In this document: one piece after another, positions 50,986 to 52,683 of the stretch
Numbering within the stretch: position 1 is the first letter of the stretch
How the letters are laid out: each line of letters opens with the position of its first letter
Assembly (NCBI GenBank): GCA_046582655.1
Contig: JAYGDX010000033.1
Coordinates: 1 to 52,683, forward strand
Source of the DNA: Candidatus Poribacteria bacterium
GTDB taxonomy: Bacteria; Poribacteria; WGA-4E; UBA9662
Direction of reading: 5' to 3'
DNA length: 52,683 nucleotides
Made by a program: the position numbers and the translations under genes
Notes under the pieces: generated by a model
Told to the model about the DNA's origin: nothing
What the model saw: the letters and a program-made list of their open reading frames with translations, nothing else
Databases searched by the model: none

Positions 50986-51655
50986 TCAAATGGGTTCATA
51001 TTTTTCTATTGGATTGATTGTTGTTACGAGAAAAAAACGTGTTTTCCGATCATACTTCCAGATGACAACTTCCTCTCCGTTTTTTATGGTTGGTTCACTC
51101 TCATCCACTTTGCAAAAAAGCGTAATATTTGAATTTGGATTCCTAATTCGTGCTCTACCAAACTTTGTATCTACCTTCCAACTGATTATATGTGCTGTTT
51201 TACCAATTAGTTGATTTCGGCTAAGGGAATCGTTTTCTCCAACTGGAAAAACATAAGGTACTAGACTCGAGAAAAGGTAGGTAGAGGCACAGCTAATTAC
51301 GAAAGCCGTTGTACTAGATATCCAAAATACAACGAGTGAATCAATACTGCGTATTAATTGATAGTTTACCGTTAAGCTGATTATTGACCAACATACTCCG
51401 AAAACAATAGAAACCATTAGTAATGGTATCTGTCCGGGATTTAGAAATTTAATAAGTTTGTCCATAGTCCTAATATCGGCTGAACTAATCCGTCAACAAT
51501 GCACCAATTTCTCCAAAAGCGGAACCGATGTTGTCAAAGGTTGGGAATATAAAGGTTGGGAATATATAGAAAATTTGATAAATCAGAACGATTGCAAACA
51601 GGAAAGCGTAGGGAGAATTATACCACTGACTCAGTTCAATAAGGGAATCCCACAC
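50986..51655 (-). pseudogene. YqiJ/NfeD-like membrane protein with C-terminal OB fold, split by a frameshift near 51490
   Basis: GTG 51655 after GGAG gives WYNSPYAFLFAIVLIY... ending at TAG 51485; second frame carries FLNPGQIPL, two TM helices and LIGKTA...FGRARI...GEEVVI. Confidence 0.65.
51536..51565. repeat. Exact 15-bp tandem duplication
   Basis: AAAGGTTGGGAATAT twice; encodes IFPTF-IFPTF on the minus strand. Confidence 0.9.
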
Positions 51656-52279
51656 TAATTCACTCCACGCAAATACTTAGGATTCATTTTGGGAGCTGAC
51701 AGCCCCTTGTCGTACATTAAGTGGCCTCACCATATTATTTATACATTGAGAAATTAAACAAAGAAATTGTTACAGCAGTGAGATGGATCAAAAAAATCTA
51801 CTCATGTATCAAAAACGCCGGGGAGACCAGGTCCTCTTCCAAAATCGTAGGTGATAGAGGTGTCAAGAATAGGATTCACGTTCAAAACACCCCAATAAAG
51901 GCTGCTTCATGATCAGCATGAACCTTAAACCCTTTTAGCACAGTGACTTACTAATATCGCTTTAAGGTCATTTAAATAAGCCAATTGTATCCAACCTCTC
52001 CTAATATTGTCAAGTTCGCCCTTCCTGCTTCTCCTTGGATTCCTCTGCTAAATGTGTCCTACATCACATCTGTTGGAGTTATTATGACGTCGCTAGACAT
52101 CGTTAGTTGCTCAAATGCTGTTCAGCTGATTCCTTGCAAAATGCTAAGACTTTGTATAAAATGGCCATTGCTTCTTCTGCACTGAACCAGTGGGCAACTC
52201 CCAAGTATCAAAGCATGGGGCTAGCGGTCAGATAATCAAAATCAAACGCTTATTTCAATAATTTAAGGTGAATTAATTT

Positions 52280-52683
52280 ATGACTAAGGATATTGTCGTG
52301 TTGGTGTTAGTGGGCTTGTTTTTCGTTAATTGTGATGAAGATAAGTCCGGGGAGATGAAGCCAAAAGATATTGATGGTGGCAAGCCCAAGAGCATCATTA
52401 TTGGAAAAAAGGACAATGCCAAAATGGTACTGATACCTGCTGGCAGCTTTGAAATGGGCGATCATCTGGATAATATGCTAAATGCCTTACCAGTCCATAC
52501 CGTGGAGTTAGATGCCTTCTATATGGATATGTATGAAGTCACCGTTGGTCAATTCAAGAAATTTGTACAAGAGAGTAAATATAGCTACAATCAATGGAAT
52601 GACGTCGCTATATTTTCGCCAACCAATGACCATCCGATGTCTTATGTCAATTGGTACGACGCTACTGCATACGCGAAGTGGGT
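52280..52683 (+). CDS. Formylglycine-generating enzyme (SUMF1/EgtB/PvdO) domain lipoprotein, 3'-truncated by the window edge
   Basis: Not in the ORF track; reads MTKDIVVLVLVGLFFVNC...MVLIPAGSFEMG...PVHTVELDAFYMDMYEVTVGQF...HPMSYVNWYDATAYAKW. Confidence 0.88.
   Translation, partial: MTKDIVVLVLVGLFFVNCDEDKSGEMKPKDIDGGKPKSIIIGKKDNAKMVLIPAGSFEMGDHLDNMLNALPVHTVELDAFYMDMYEVTVGQFKKFVQESKYSYNQWNDVAIFSPTNDHPMSYVNWYDATAYAKW

Noticed and set aside
51700..52260. Short ORFs 51721-51912 and 51985-52185 as genes
   Set aside because: No RBS or motifs; may be decayed coding DNA but no family is recognisable.
1..52683. CRISPR array, tRNA, rRNA or prophage
   Set aside because: No regularly spaced repeats, cloverleaf or rRNA-like tracts, or phage genes recognised by eye; a covariance-model scan was not possible.

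Overview
Bacterial chromosomal window of about 45 genes with no rRNA, tRNA or CRISPR array that I could recognise. Gene content (PhyH dioxygenase, CRTAC1/ASPIC-UnbV plus TPR pair, LamG protein ending in AVxPxxKLxxxWGxIK, FGE-sulfatase-domain lipoprotein) suggests Candidatus Poribacteria; this is inference. The strongest hidden signal is an NAD-linked formate dehydrogenase operon (6401-11727) whose catalytic subunit is split in the ORF track but is one selenoprotein: in-frame TGA at 9203 in the catalytic Sec-His position, followed by an fdhF-type SECIS hairpin. It is paired with a fused NuoE-NuoF subunit and lacks the His-ligated [4Fe-4S] motif. Other content: mutL, mobA, several sugar or sugar-acid catabolic clusters, a transaldolase-family protein with an altered phosphate site, a cyclic-nucleotide-gated channel with a TVGYDN filter, an orphan RND pump, an internally deleted IS701-like remnant, and several disrupted genes (GH89-like, AKR, TPR, YqiJ/NfeD-like) whose substitution-type lesions are G-to-A on the coding strand. 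All family calls come from motif recognition, not database searches.
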